The notes beneath the pieces are model-generated. The model worked only from the letters and a program-made list of their open reading frames with translations. It had not been told where the DNA came from and searched no databases. A program made the translations under genes and the position numbers. A stretch of 64,000 bases of DNA from a bacterium (GTDB taxonomy: Bacteria > UBA8248), in assembly GCA_965213685.1 (NCBI GenBank), contig CBDBZY010000031.1, forward strand, positions 1 through 64,000. The letters are read 5' to 3'. Positions 1-9,284 of this stretch are shown here, one piece after another (position 1 is the first letter of the stretch; every line of letters begins with the position of its first letter).

Positions 1-292
1 AACAACATCATCCGAGGCAGGATCGTGAAAACCGACAACGTCATGGCGTGCAGGATCACGGCGCGTGCCGGCAGCCCCATCCAGACGCACGTCCACGACT
101 TCGACCAGATAACGCACATGATTCGGGGAAAGCTGAAATTCCGCGCGGGAGAAGGTGATTACGAAATCGTGCAGCCAGGGGGACGTCATGGTGTTCCCCG
201 CGGGAGTGCCGCACGGAGGGGAGGTGCTGGAGGAGGCGGAGTACATCGACATTTTCTCTCCGCCGAACCCGGATTTTCGGTGGGACGAATAG
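1..292 (+). CDS. Cupin-domain protein (5' partial; apparent +1 G frameshift at 178-182)
   Basis: Motif 1 THVHDFDQITHMIRGKLKF; removing one G gives motif 2 PGDVMVFPAGVPHGGEVLEEAEYIDIFSPP and stop TAG at 290-292. Confidence 0.75.
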
Positions 293-344
293 CCCTTCCC
301 CCCAGGGGAAGCCGGCCCGCGCGCCATGCGCAGAGCCGGCCCCC

Positions 345-538
345 CTAGTGCGGGCCGCCGCCGCACCCGCTCCTTTCTCCCCGCCTCCCGCCGGCTCCTC
401 CGCTCCTGGGCCAAGCCAGCCTCGAGCACCTCCTGGTTGAACCGGAACTCGTCCGGAGAGCATCGGGCCAGCAGGTGCGGCGGGAGGCCATACGTCCTGG
501 CCTGAAAATGAATCATCGCCAGCACCGCGCTCCTCCTC
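345..538 (-). CDS. Putative tail assembly chaperone frameshift extension (gpGT 'T' domain)
   Basis: The +1 frame past the chaperone stop reads FHKRRSAVLAMIHFQARTYGLPPHLLARCSPDEFRFNQEVLEAGLAQERR; the stop at 345-347 needs one base removed. Confidence 0.45.
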
Positions 539-925
539 TTATGGAAACGCGGCGCCTCGCGGCGCATCCTCCCCGGATGCGGGGGACGACGCCTCCTCCT
601 GCAAGGAGGTGACCGCACTGAAAATCGCGTCGGCGTCCCCGGGGTCGAGTTCGTGAACGCTCAGCTCGTCGGGCAGGCATCGTCCCGGCTCCTTCTCCGT
701 CATGACGCCTCCCTCGGGAACGAAGCAACGCCGCAATACGCAGCGAACCCATTCCCCCGCAAGCGCGTGTCGCTCCTCCTGGTCCGCCGCGCCGTCCGGG
801 GCGCCGGCCAACAATTTCGGATACGCCGCCATGTCCAGGATGCTGGGGGTGCGAACGAAGCCCCTGAGGCCGGAAGGCAGGGTGATGGGCTTGCGGCCGC
901 GGTTTCTGTATTCGGATATTTCCAC
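539..925 (-). CDS. Phage tail assembly chaperone (gpG-like)
   Basis: 128 aa, GTG start after GGGAGG, directly downstream of tail tube; N-terminal ITLPSG..VR.PS..D pattern; ends TTT CCA TAA. Confidence 0.6.
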   Translation of the reverse strand: MEISEYRNRGRKPITLPSGLRGFVRTPSILDMAAYPKLLAGAPDGAADQEERHALAGEWVRCVLRRCFVPEGGVMTEKEPGRCLPDELSVHELDPGDADAIFSAVTSLQEEASSPASGEDAPRGAAFP

Positions 926-986
926 GACACCTCCCGTCCGGCTTTCGCCGGGTCGGCGCTCCCGTTGCGCGCAGGGAAAACGGGAG

Positions 987-2126
987 CTAGGTAAAGACGA
1001 TTCTGATCTCGTCATCGCCCGCATCCCGCGCCAGGCGGAAGGGCGTCTCGTAGGCGAGGACGCCGTCGCGATCCCCAAACCCCAGGTCCGCGTATTGGCA
1101 CCTGGGCGCGGTGATGGAGCAAATGTTCCCGGCGCTCTGGCCAATCCGGACGCTCAGGGCGACCTGCGCCCCGTTTTCCCAGTCGCTGAACACGTCGTTC
1201 GTGCCCTTGAGCACGGCCTCGGGGTCGAATGAGCCGGAGGGCGCCCGGCCCGTCACCACCGCGTTGGTGTGCCCGCCGGGTGCGTTGGCGCTTTGCCGCA
1301 AAACCACGTTGTTGTTCATCGCGAAGCGAATGTCCGTCGCGTCGAAATGGTATCCGCCAAACGAAAAACCGCTCATGAGGACGGGCGCGGGCAGCTGGGC
1401 GTCATAGGAGGCGCCGGCGAGGAGCGCCGCGTCGCTCACCTCGAAGTCGGCCGCCTCGAACTCCCAATCCACCGTGGGCACGCCATCTAGGGGGCAGTGG
1501 ATGGAGAAGCTCCCCATGCAGCCGAGATACATGACCCGCAAACCGTCGACGTATGCGGTCAGGCAAATTCTCGCGTCCTTCGATTTGTCGGAGGAGGGGG
1601 CGTAGGCGACGGAGGCGCCCGCGGCGATCGTCTCCTTCATCGCGCAGCCCTGGAACAGCAACCCGTAATCCGGCGCGACGCCCGCAGCCCCCGACCCGCG
1701 CAACTCGGTGGAGAAGGAAAGCCGGGCGGAGCGTTTCCCCATGATGGAGGGAAACGGCGATACGCTCGCATCCCGCACCGCGCGCTCGAGTTGCTCCACG
1801 TTGAGGTCGTGGGAGAAGTTGCCCGCCTGGAACAATTCCGCCGCCTGGGCCGGCCGATCCAGAAGATACGCCGTCCCCGAAGCGGGCTGGACGCTCCAGG
1901 CCGCATCCAGGGTTATCGTGTCCGAGGGCGCGTCGAAATCCCGCACCCTCCTTTTCTGGCCAAGGCCCGCGCCCCGAATCGTCCGGAGCACGGCGCCGTT
2001 CCAAAAATCGTCGCCCTCCGAGAGGGCGGCGTCCACCAGGGTGGAAGCCCCGGCGGAATCCGCCACGAGTTCCCGCTCCAGCGTTGCGCCGATAGTCTGC
2101 CGATCCATCAATAGAGCGTCGCCCAT
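987..2126 (-). CDS. Phage major tail tube protein (siphophage type)
   Basis: 379 aa; FSTELRGSG.AG.APDYG.L, 'VVTGRAPSGSFDPEA', C-terminal 'GDDEIRIVFT'; lies after tail terminator. Confidence 0.75.
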   Translation of the reverse strand: MGDALLMDRQTIGATLERELVADSAGASTLVDAALSEGDDFWNGAVLRTIRGAGLGQKRRVRDFDAPSDTITLDAAWSVQPASGTAYLLDRPAQAAELFQAGNFSHDLNVEQLERAVRDASVSPFPSIMGKRSARLSFSTELRGSGAAGVAPDYGLLFQGCAMKETIAAGASVAYAPSSDKSKDARICLTAYVDGLRVMYLGCMGSFSIHCPLDGVPTVDWEFEAADFEVSDAALLAGASYDAQLPAPVLMSGFSFGGYHFDATDIRFAMNNNVVLRQSANAPGGHTNAVVTGRAPSGSFDPEAVLKGTNDVFSDWENGAQVALSVRIGQSAGNICSITAPRCQYADLGFGDRDGVLAYETPFRLARDAGDDEIRIVFT

Positions 2127-2297
2127 CGTCTATTCTCCTCCTCCTCTTGTGGGTTTTCCCTAGCGGCGCGGGCGCGTCCTTCCCTTTCCCCGTCCCCGCC
2201 GTCGCTCCCGACTTCCTGTCCCGCGGCGTCCCCGCGTCCGGTTTCCGTCCGGGGCGGCGCGCTCCTCCCCCCGGCCGCCCGCACGTTCCGCCCGCGC

Positions 2298-2831
2298 TCA
2301 ATCGCGCCGAATCCGCTCTATCGCCTGAATGCGAATTTCGGCGTAATGGCAAAGCACGCCTCCGAAGGTTCTCATCTCAATCACGTCCACCTGCGGGGGC
2401 TGGAGGCGCTCCAGGGAGCGGACGCGCGGCGCGCCGGACGCATCGAGGAGGCGAAGCGCCCCGCTCCGCCGGAAGCGATCGCAAATCTCCTCGACCACGT
2501 CCTGGAACGCCAGCTCGCTGCCCGATTCGTCATGGGCGCCCATGATTCCAAACAGCAGAAACGTGTGGGTTCTCCTGTGGAGGCCCGCGGGGACGAAGCC
2601 GCCCGGAGCGCCTGCGCCCACCGACGCAGCCTCCTCCCGCGCCTTCTCGCGCGTCAGCGCCCAGCCCCGTATCTGCCCGCCCCCGCCGCTCGCCTCCCAC
2701 CGGAAAAGGTCCAGGTATTTCCCCAGGTCCGCCGACCAGCGCTGATAGGCGTGCACCCGTCCCGCTCCCGCCACCGCCGATATTTCCGAGGAGATGGCGT
2801 TGCCTATCTCCCTGTAGCGCGATTCAGCCAC
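2298..2831 (-). CDS. Phage tail terminator/completion protein
   Basis: Position between neck and tube genes; GRVH.Y.R...IRGW...SELAFQ..VE.I...FGGVLCHYAEI pattern. Confidence 0.6.
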   Translation of the reverse strand: MAESRYREIGNAISSEISAVAGAGRVHAYQRWSADLGKYLDLFRWEASGGGGQIRGWALTREKAREEAASVGAGAPGGFVPAGLHRRTHTFLLFGIMGAHDESGSELAFQDVVEEICDRFRRSGALRLLDASGAPRVRSLERLQPPQVDVIEMRTFGGVLCHYAEIRIQAIERIRRD

Positions 2832-3333
2832 AGATCCGCCTCCCGATTTCATCCGCCAGCGCGTCGAACCGCTCGGCGACGCGGCCCCGGTTCTCCTCGA
2901 ACGCGCGCGCGAACATATGGCGCCCCCGCGTCCCGCGCCTGGCTATCGCGCGGGCGACGAGAAAGGCCGTGCCCTCGAAATCCCCGTGGCGAGGCTCCAG
3001 GTGCCGCACCACCCAAAGGTACAGGGGCGAACCCCTCCTCCAGGGCGGGAGCGCGCCGCCCGCCGAACGACCGCGCTCCACGTAGGGGGCGTAATCGGCG
3101 ATCGAGAAAACCACGCCGCGCATCCTCCCCCGGCCGTTTCCCCTCGTTTCGGCGAAAACGCTGCCCCGCAGGTTTCCGGTCGCCCCGAAGGGGGTTCTCC
3201 GCACGACCTCCCGCCGGAGCATCCCGGTGACGTCGTCCATCGCCTCGCGCGCGAGCCGGAGCACATCCGCCTCCTCCCGGGCGCGAGGCCGCCCCTCCGC
3301 CATGCCTTCGAACAGCCCCTTCCGACCGCCCAT
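2824..3333 (-). CDS. HK97 gp10-like neck/tail-completion protein
   Basis: TP..TGNLRGS, YAPYVE.G, IARRGT.G.HMF..AFE motifs. Confidence 0.75.
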   Translation of the reverse strand: MGGRKGLFEGMAEGRPRAREEADVLRLAREAMDDVTGMLRREVVRRTPFGATGNLRGSVFAETRGNGRGRMRGVVFSIADYAPYVERGRSAGGALPPWRRGSPLYLWVVRHLEPRHGDFEGTAFLVARAIARRGTRGRHMFARAFEENRGRVAERFDALADEIGRRICG

Positions 3334-3354
3334 GTCCGCCCTCCCTCTCCCGGC

Positions 3355-4065
3355 CTAGCGCTCGGCGGGCGCGCCGTGCGTGAAGTATTCGCCCCGCCGC
3401 ATGGAGAGGCGCCCGTCCCAATCCGCCGAGGCGCCCGCGGCCTCCGCCCACTCGCCCTCCCTCTGGCCGATGTGGGTCTGGTATTTGCGCTCGAGCTCCT
3501 TCGCGAGGCGCGTGTACTCCCCCGCCTTGTTCGGGTAGTCCGTCGCATCCGCCGCGAGGGTCGGCGTCGAGGTCTGGGCGAAGCGGCGGGCCAGGATGTG
3601 ACAACCATCCGCGGCGGCCAGCCATCCCACGGCGATCAGGTCATTTTCGGGAACGCTCGTTCGGGCGTCATCGGCCATGTGCCTGAGCGTGTAGAACAGG
3701 CGGAGCCTCTCGCCCCGGCGCGGGGTGTGGCGCAAGAGCCTGAACTTCTGGGCCGAGGTTCCTTTCGCGTAGATGGTCCAGTCGCGCCCTTCGAGGCAGG
3801 AGGGCGTTCTCTCTCCCTGGGGATATTCCACCGCCCGGACGGTGGAGAGGGAATCATCCCAATCCCCGGGCAGGGAGAAGTCGAACGCCGCGCCGTCGCC
3901 GTCGAAATCCGCAAAAGAGGACAACGGCCTGTCCTTGCTGTAGCGCGCGAGTGCCGCGCGCACCAGATCGGCGTAATCCGCCTCCTCCAGGCCGAACTCC
4001 CGGGGCAGCGCGCCCGCCTTCAGCAACGCCCGCACATCCTGGATGATCGTCTGCCTGCTGGCCAT
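3355..4065 (-). CDS. Phage head-tail adaptor/connector
   Basis: 236 aa after capsid; 'AALARYSKDRP', 'VEYP', helical C-terminus; synteny. Confidence 0.6.
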   Translation of the reverse strand: MASRQTIIQDVRALLKAGALPREFGLEEADYADLVRAALARYSKDRPLSSFADFDGDGAAFDFSLPGDWDDSLSTVRAVEYPQGERTPSCLEGRDWTIYAKGTSAQKFRLLRHTPRRGERLRLFYTLRHMADDARTSVPENDLIAVGWLAAADGCHILARRFAQTSTPTLAADATDYPNKAGEYTRLAKELERKYQTHIGQREGEWAEAAGASADWDGRLSMRRGEYFTHGAPAER

Positions 4066-4110
4066 GTCCGGCTCCTCTCCTCTCTCTCTCCGCGCCCGGT
4101 GCGCGGGCGG

Positions 4111-4233
4111 CTACGTTTTCAGGGTGCGCCTGGCCTCCGCGAACCGGCTCACCTCGAACGCGGCGCTGGCGCCGTCGGCGACGCGCGCCGCCCGGGAAGC
4201 GAGAACTATCGTGTGGGTTCGTCTGTCAGACAT
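4111..4233 (-). CDS. Short (40 aa) post-capsid ORF, possibly truncated decoration protein
   Basis: ATG after GAGG; MSDRRTHTIVLASRAARVADGASAAFEVSRFAEARRTLKT. Confidence 0.35.
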   Translation of the reverse strand: MSDRRTHTIVLASRAARVADGASAAFEVSRFAEARRTLKT

Positions 4234-4268
4234 GGCCTCTCCGATGCGTGCGCGAGCAAGCGCCCGGG

Positions 4269-6290
4269 CTAGGCGGGCGCTCCGCGATAAAAGCCGCGAA
4301 AGTCGAGGACGGCGCCGCCGTAGACGTGCCGGATCTTGTAGCGAATCTTGTCGGCGCTGAATCCGCTGCCGGCGGCGGGATTGTCCTCGATGAACAGCTC
4401 CGGCTCGCGCATGTCGTCCATGAAGCCAATTTCGATGGTGTCCATCAGGCTCGGGTCGGCGACCATGTACCAATCTTCCGCGTCCGTGAGCTCGGGCACC
4501 CACAAGGGCTCCAGGCCCAGGCGGTTGATGACGCTCGGCTGCGTGGAATTCTCGCCCGAGACGACCTTGACGGACGACTGGGTGACGTCGAACGCCTCTT
4601 CGAGCAGCTCCGTGGGGTGCGCCAGATACCTGGGACGCGCCTGGGCCGCCACCTCGACGCTCCCCTCCCCGTAGAACGTCTGCTGCCCCATCGCCTTGAC
4701 GCCGGCGATCACGTTGTCATAGGTCAGCTTGTTCTCCGAGGCGTTCGCGTGATCGACGTGAAAGAGCGCCTTCCCGTCGTAGATGGCGGCGTTCGTCGTC
4801 AGAAAGTCGAACACGAAGGCGTTCAGGGTGCGCTGGGCGGCGCGCGCGAGGCGCTGGGGAATCATCCGAATCGCCCCCATGTCGTCGTTCTGGATCATCT
4901 CCCAGGTGAGGTCCTCCACGCCGCCGCGCTTGGCCACGGCGTATGTCACCTCCTCGTCCGTCGGGGAGGAGAGGGTCGGGTAGTTCGCCTTTTCGGCCAC
5001 CTTCTCCAAATCCCCGTAGCCGCCGACGCGCACCCGCCGGTTCGTTCGGAAATCCTTGACGGGCACCACGGCCGAGACGATTTTCTTCCACTGGTGGAAC
5101 CGCTCGTCCCGGAAATCCCGCAGCAGGGCGCGCCGGATCGAATCCCCGAACGCCTCGCCCCACGTGCTCGTCTCCAGGGAGGCGGAGAGGCGGCGGACGC
5201 CGTTCCAGTTCTCGGCGGTGCGGTGATAATGAAACGTCTCGGCGAAGAACTGGCGCGGGGTGAGGCGACGGCCCGTGAAATCCTGAAACGCCTCGCTCAT
5301 GAAGCGATAGGGCCGCTCCCCTTCGACCGTCCGATCCGGGGAATCCCAAAGGCCGTCCAGGGCCGCCCTCTTGCGGTCCGACTCGTCGCGAACCGCCTCC
5401 GCGCGCGCGCCGAACCCGCGGAGCGCGCCGCTGGCCGTCAGTTTTTCGAGCGTCTCCGCCTCGATGCGAATCGCCTCCTCCAGAGCGTCCTCGCTGAAAC
5501 CGCCCGCGCCGAACTGGGCGCGCACCTTTTCCTGGACGGCCTCCGGCAAGGCGGACGCCGCGAGCTTTCGCGCGAGCAGGCGGCGCGCGTCGGCCCCGCC
5601 CCGTTTCAGTTCCGCCTCGAGGCCCGCCTCTTCACGGGCGGCGGGAAGCCGTTGCGGCGTCCATCCCTCGGCGGCTCCCGCGTCGGAATCGGGCGCCGCG
5701 CTCTTGCGTTTTTTTCCCAGTTTCTCGAACATCTTCACCTCCGGTATAGGGGAATGATGGGCGGCGAGACCCAGAATCCCGCCCCCGAGCCTGCCTTTGT
5801 GGACGATGTCGACGGAGTGAACCGCCAGAATTTTCTCGAAATGCAGGACGAGCCCGCCGGACTCCTCGCGAAACTCCGCCTGGGCGATGACGTCGAACGA
5901 GAACCCGAACGGCTCCTTCACCCCCCGCGACAGCGCATCCTGTGCCAGTGCCTGAAACCAAGCGGCGGAGCGCGAAACCGCGAACGTGCTCACGAGGCCC
6001 TCCTCGCCCATGCGGACGTCGCGGTGCCAGCCAACCAGATCCTTGATGTCGGGGCCGCCCGATGCGGCGTGGTTCGCAAACGCCTGCGCACCCTCGAACA
6101 AGGGAGCGGCCTCGCGCAGAACCTCGCGGGGCAGAAACCATTCGCCATCCTCCGAGTAGCCGTGCCGCGCGATCAGCACGTCGAAATCCCACGCTTCCCC
6201 CGGCGGTGCCTCCTCCGCGACCGCGCGGATGACGCGGCCATGCAGCCGGACGGGGCGAGATGCGCTCCGCACTCGCGCGCGCGCCGACAT
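4269..6290 (-). CDS. Fused prohead protease-scaffold-major capsid protein (Mu gpT-like capsid domain)
   Basis: N-terminal protease-like (FEGA..FANH, VGW, GFS, SVDIV..G..GG), helical middle, C-terminal MCP (VKDFR, TWEMIQNDDMGA, YDGKALFH.DH.N, EPELF, KIRHVYG..VLDFRG.Y); GGAGG RBS. Confidence 0.85.
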   Translation of the reverse strand: MSARARVRSASRPVRLHGRVIRAVAEEAPPGEAWDFDVLIARHGYSEDGEWFLPREVLREAAPLFEGAQAFANHAASGGPDIKDLVGWHRDVRMGEEGLVSTFAVSRSAAWFQALAQDALSRGVKEPFGFSFDVIAQAEFREESGGLVLHFEKILAVHSVDIVHKGRLGGGILGLAAHHSPIPEVKMFEKLGKKRKSAAPDSDAGAAEGWTPQRLPAAREEAGLEAELKRGGADARRLLARKLAASALPEAVQEKVRAQFGAGGFSEDALEEAIRIEAETLEKLTASGALRGFGARAEAVRDESDRKRAALDGLWDSPDRTVEGERPYRFMSEAFQDFTGRRLTPRQFFAETFHYHRTAENWNGVRRLSASLETSTWGEAFGDSIRRALLRDFRDERFHQWKKIVSAVVPVKDFRTNRRVRVGGYGDLEKVAEKANYPTLSSPTDEEVTYAVAKRGGVEDLTWEMIQNDDMGAIRMIPQRLARAAQRTLNAFVFDFLTTNAAIYDGKALFHVDHANASENKLTYDNVIAGVKAMGQQTFYGEGSVEVAAQARPRYLAHPTELLEEAFDVTQSSVKVVSGENSTQPSVINRLGLEPLWVPELTDAEDWYMVADPSLMDTIEIGFMDDMREPELFIEDNPAAGSGFSADKIRYKIRHVYGGAVLDFRGFYRGAPA

Positions 6291-6409
6291 GCGGTTCCTC
6301 CACTTTTTCAAGGCCTGCTCCTTTCCTGTTCTTCCGGGCGTCGGTTCCTGGCGATGCGCCAGAGGGTGCCCCGCGGTTCGGCGAACCAGGCGGCGGATGC
6401 AACGGCGAT

Positions 6410-6461
6410 AATCTAGGGCAGGCGCCTTGCGGTGCGGGCCGCGCAAACGCGGGGAAATGCG
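6410..6461 (-). promoter_or_regulatory. Putative activator-dependent late promoter of head/tail islet
   Basis: Minus strand: CGCATTTCCC-CGCGTTTGCG-N26-TAGATT; same architecture at 19237-19288 and 28948-29009. Confidence 0.7.
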
Positions 6462-6665
6462 CACCGCGCGCCCGTTTGCGGAAAATTTCCGTTTTTCGTG
6501 TTTCTGCGTTTCCCGAAATGCGATACCATGCCGAGGCTATTCGGTTTGCGGAGGTTGGAGTGGACGGGCGCGGCGGCCTCGGCCGATTCGTCTGTCCCCC
6601 GAAAACTTTTCGAATCGTGCGCCATCGAGGCCGCCCCCGAGACGACGCGGACGAGGTTTCCTCTC

Positions 6666-7931
6666 ATGTGGGGTGCCGAGGCGACCATCTTGCAGTTCAT
6701 CCAGCGCCTGTCCTGGAGCCACGCGATCGACATCGGGATCATGTGGTTTCTGCTCTATCAGGTCTACATCCGCTTCAGAGGCACCCAGGCGATGCGCCTT
6801 CTCGTGCGCGTGTTCGTGGTGTGGCTCATCTATCTCGCCTCCCAGGCAGCGGGCCTGCACCTGACCTCGTTTGTGCTCTGGGCCATCTGGATCGCCGTGC
6901 TCATCTTGTTTCTCATCCACTTCCACGGGGAAATTCAAAAGATATTCTTTCAGCTCCACCCGCTGCGCAGACTCTCCGCCCTGTTGCGGCGGGCGATGCG
7001 CATCCGGCTGCCGGAGGAGAGCGTCATGACCATCGCCGGAGCCGCATTTTCCCTCATCGGCGGGCATCTGGGCGCCATCATCGTCCTGGAGCGCCGCGAT
7101 TCGACCGACGCGCTGCTGCGCAGCCCGGGCGAGGAGATCGCCGCAGACGTCCGGCCGGCGTTGCTGGAAACCATCTTCTTCAAGGGAACGCCCTACCACG
7201 ACGGCGCCGCCGTGATTCGCGAGAACAAGGTGTCCCGCGTGGGATGCCTCCTTCCCATCTCCGAGAACCCGGCCCTCCCGCCGGAGTTCGGCGCCCGCCA
7301 CAGGGCGGCGGTGGGCATCACCGAGCGTTGCGACGCCCTGGCGATCGTCATATCCGAGGAGCGGCAGGAGGTCACCTGCGTGGAGGGCGGCCACGTCAAG
7401 ACGACGGGGACGGAGGAGGAGCTCGCCTCCTGGCTCACCGCGCGCCTGCACGCGGCCCGCGAGGCGGCGCAAACGAGGAGCCGCATATCGCTGGAGCCCA
7501 TCCTGGAGAACTGGAAGCCCAAGCTCGCCGCCCTGTCCGCCGTCATCTTTCTCTGGGCACTCGGCGGGCAGGGACGCCAGAATCCGCAGAATTTTTTTCC
7601 GCAACTCGAAAGCAGGTCCGAGGAGGAGTTTCGGGTCCCCCTCCACTACTACAACCTTCCGGACGGCATCGCCCTCTCCGACGGCGCGGCGAGAAGCGTT
7701 CGCGTCCGGCTCCGGGGCGCGCGCGACCTCCTCCACTACATCGACGCCGCCCGCCTGCGCGTGAACGTGAACCTCGCCCAGATGACGCCCGGAGCGCATT
7801 CGCGCACGCTGTCGGGCCGCGACATCGACTTGCCGGGCGGGCTCGAATTCCTCGGCACCGATCCCGGCGCCATCCAGCTGACCCTCCGGAAAGCGGACGC
7901 GCCCGTGAAGCGGACGCCATCAGGCGAATAG
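6666..7931 (+). CDS. cdaA: Diadenylate cyclase CdaA-type with C-terminal YbbR/CdaR-like domain
   Basis: Three N-terminal TM helices, HDGA and G.RHRAA DAC motifs, SEE, extra TM then YbbR-like 'VRVRLRG' domain. Confidence 0.8.
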   Translation: MWGAEATILQFIQRLSWSHAIDIGIMWFLLYQVYIRFRGTQAMRLLVRVFVVWLIYLASQAAGLHLTSFVLWAIWIAVLILFLIHFHGEIQKIFFQLHPLRRLSALLRRAMRIRLPEESVMTIAGAAFSLIGGHLGAIIVLERRDSTDALLRSPGEEIAADVRPALLETIFFKGTPYHDGAAVIRENKVSRVGCLLPISENPALPPEFGARHRAAVGITERCDALAIVISEERQEVTCVEGGHVKTTGTEEELASWLTARLHAAREAAQTRSRISLEPILENWKPKLAALSAVIFLWALGGQGRQNPQNFFPQLESRSEEEFRVPLHYYNLPDGIALSDGAARSVRVRLRGARDLLHYIDAARLRVNVNLAQMTPGAHSRTLSGRDIDLPGGLEFLGTDPGAIQLTLRKADAPVKRTPSGE

Positions 7932-8070
7932 GAGCAAGGGGGGGGGGGGAGACGCGCGGCCCAACCTCCCCCCGGGAGCGGGCTCCCTCGACGCGCGGCG
8001 CCAGCGGGCGGGAGCTTGAGTTTTCCGGGGGGCGCGTTTTTTTCGGACGAGGCGCGCGCGCCGCAAAAAC

Positions 8071-8099
8071 TTGCTTTTTTTATGTCCAGGACCCATATT
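8071..8099 (+). promoter_or_regulatory. sigma70-like promoter
   Basis: TTGCTT-N17-CATATT. Confidence 0.4.
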
Positions 8100-8411
8100 G
8101 AATGACACGGAGGCGTGATCGACGACCGGGGCAAGAAGGAGGAAGCGGTATCGCCCGAAACTCCCACGCCGCATGAAGAGGGCTGAGGAGGGGAGCCGAC
8201 ATAGGCAGCGGCTCCGGGGCAGGAGAGTTCTCGAAGGGGGGAGGATGCGATGATATTCAGAATGAATCGCTTCACGCGCGCCGAGTTTCCAGCCTCCCCG
8301 GCCCACCGCATCAGCCGGGCGGGGAGGAAACCTCAAGGCTGATGCCCATGTCAAGGCGGCAAATCGCCTTTGCGAGGTGGGAGGAAGTCCCACCCGGAAG
8401 CGGAACCAAAG

Positions 8412-8445
8412 AGAGCGGGACGAAACGTCCCGCTCTTCTTTTTTT
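8412..8445 (+). terminator. Rho-independent terminator
   Basis: AGAGCGGGACG-AAA-CGTCCCGCTCT followed by T tract. Confidence 0.8.
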
Positions 8446-8656
8446 ACGGATTGCCGGCGGCCGGGGCCTGCGCCGCCAACTTCCGCATCTCGATCTCCAG
8501 CTGCTGCAGCCTGTTCTTGATCATGTTGAAGTCATACTCGAACCCCTCCGCGAGCAGCACCAGCCCCTGATACAGCCGATATTTCTCAGGCGCATCCGCC
8601 TCGCTCACCGAATCGCGCATCTCGACGAAAGCCTCTCTCGCATGATGAAAGCTCAA
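8444..8656 (-). CDS. Small hypothetical coiled-coil protein (70 aa)
   Basis: Protein-like composition, purine-rich RBS, ends at terminator. Confidence 0.55.
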   Translation of the reverse strand: MSFHHAREAFVEMRDSVSEADAPEKYRLYQGLVLLAEGFEYDFNMIKNRLQQLEIEMRKLAAQAPAAGNP

Positions 8657-8789
8657 ATCGCATCCCCCCTCTTCCCGGAATGGGCGCCCCGAAACGAAAA
8701 CTGTCTTGCGGGAGGAAATCCTACCCGCATCTCTGCTAGAATCAAGCGCGTCGACGAATCATCCATCACCCTTTCGAGGAGTCGCCTTC

Positions 8790-9284
8790 ATGCCGGAACG
8801 ACCGAACACGCCACAGGTCATCCTGCGGCACATCCAGGGCACCCAGCTGCAGATGCTGACCACCACGGGCAAGCACTCCTACGTGCTCGACGAGCCGGAG
8901 GCCCGCGGCGGCACGGACCTCGCCGCCACGCCGTTCGAGTTCTTCGTCGCGGGCCACGCGGGCTGAGGCCTCTACACGCTGCTGGGAGCGGCGAAGAGCA
9001 GGGGCATCCGCATCGACGACGTGGAGGTGCACGCGGAGTTCAAGCGCAACCTCTCGCCGAAGTTTCACCCGGATTTCCACGGGGACCCCGAGCGCAGAAA
9101 ATTGTCCATCGGCGTCATTCGCACGAACTATTACATTCACGGCGACGTCTCCGAGGAGCAGCGGGCGGAACTCCTGGAGGAGCTCGCGAACTGCCCCATC
9201 CACAACACGCTGGTGACGCCGCCGCAGCTGGAGGAGCGCATCGTCGTTCTGGAGAGAGACGAGCCCCCTCCCCGGGAAGCCTGA
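8790..9284 (+). CDS. OsmC/Ohr-family selenoprotein (Sec at UGA 8964-8966)
   Basis: DEP...GGTD..ATP.E...AG-UGA-G in frame with downstream ..CPIHNTL; UGA at first catalytic Cys; hairpin immediately 3'. Confidence 0.8.

Noticed and set aside
2130-2297. Small gp38-like gene between terminator and tube
   Set aside because: No clean start/stop with RBS; low-complexity translation
345-6290. Contractile injection system or tailocin
   Set aside because: No sheath gene; capsid, portal and terminase indicate a DNA-packaging particle
8350-8400. RNase P RNA or c-di-GMP riboswitch (GAGGAAGTCC, GGCAAA)
   Set aside because: Other conserved elements of either family are absent
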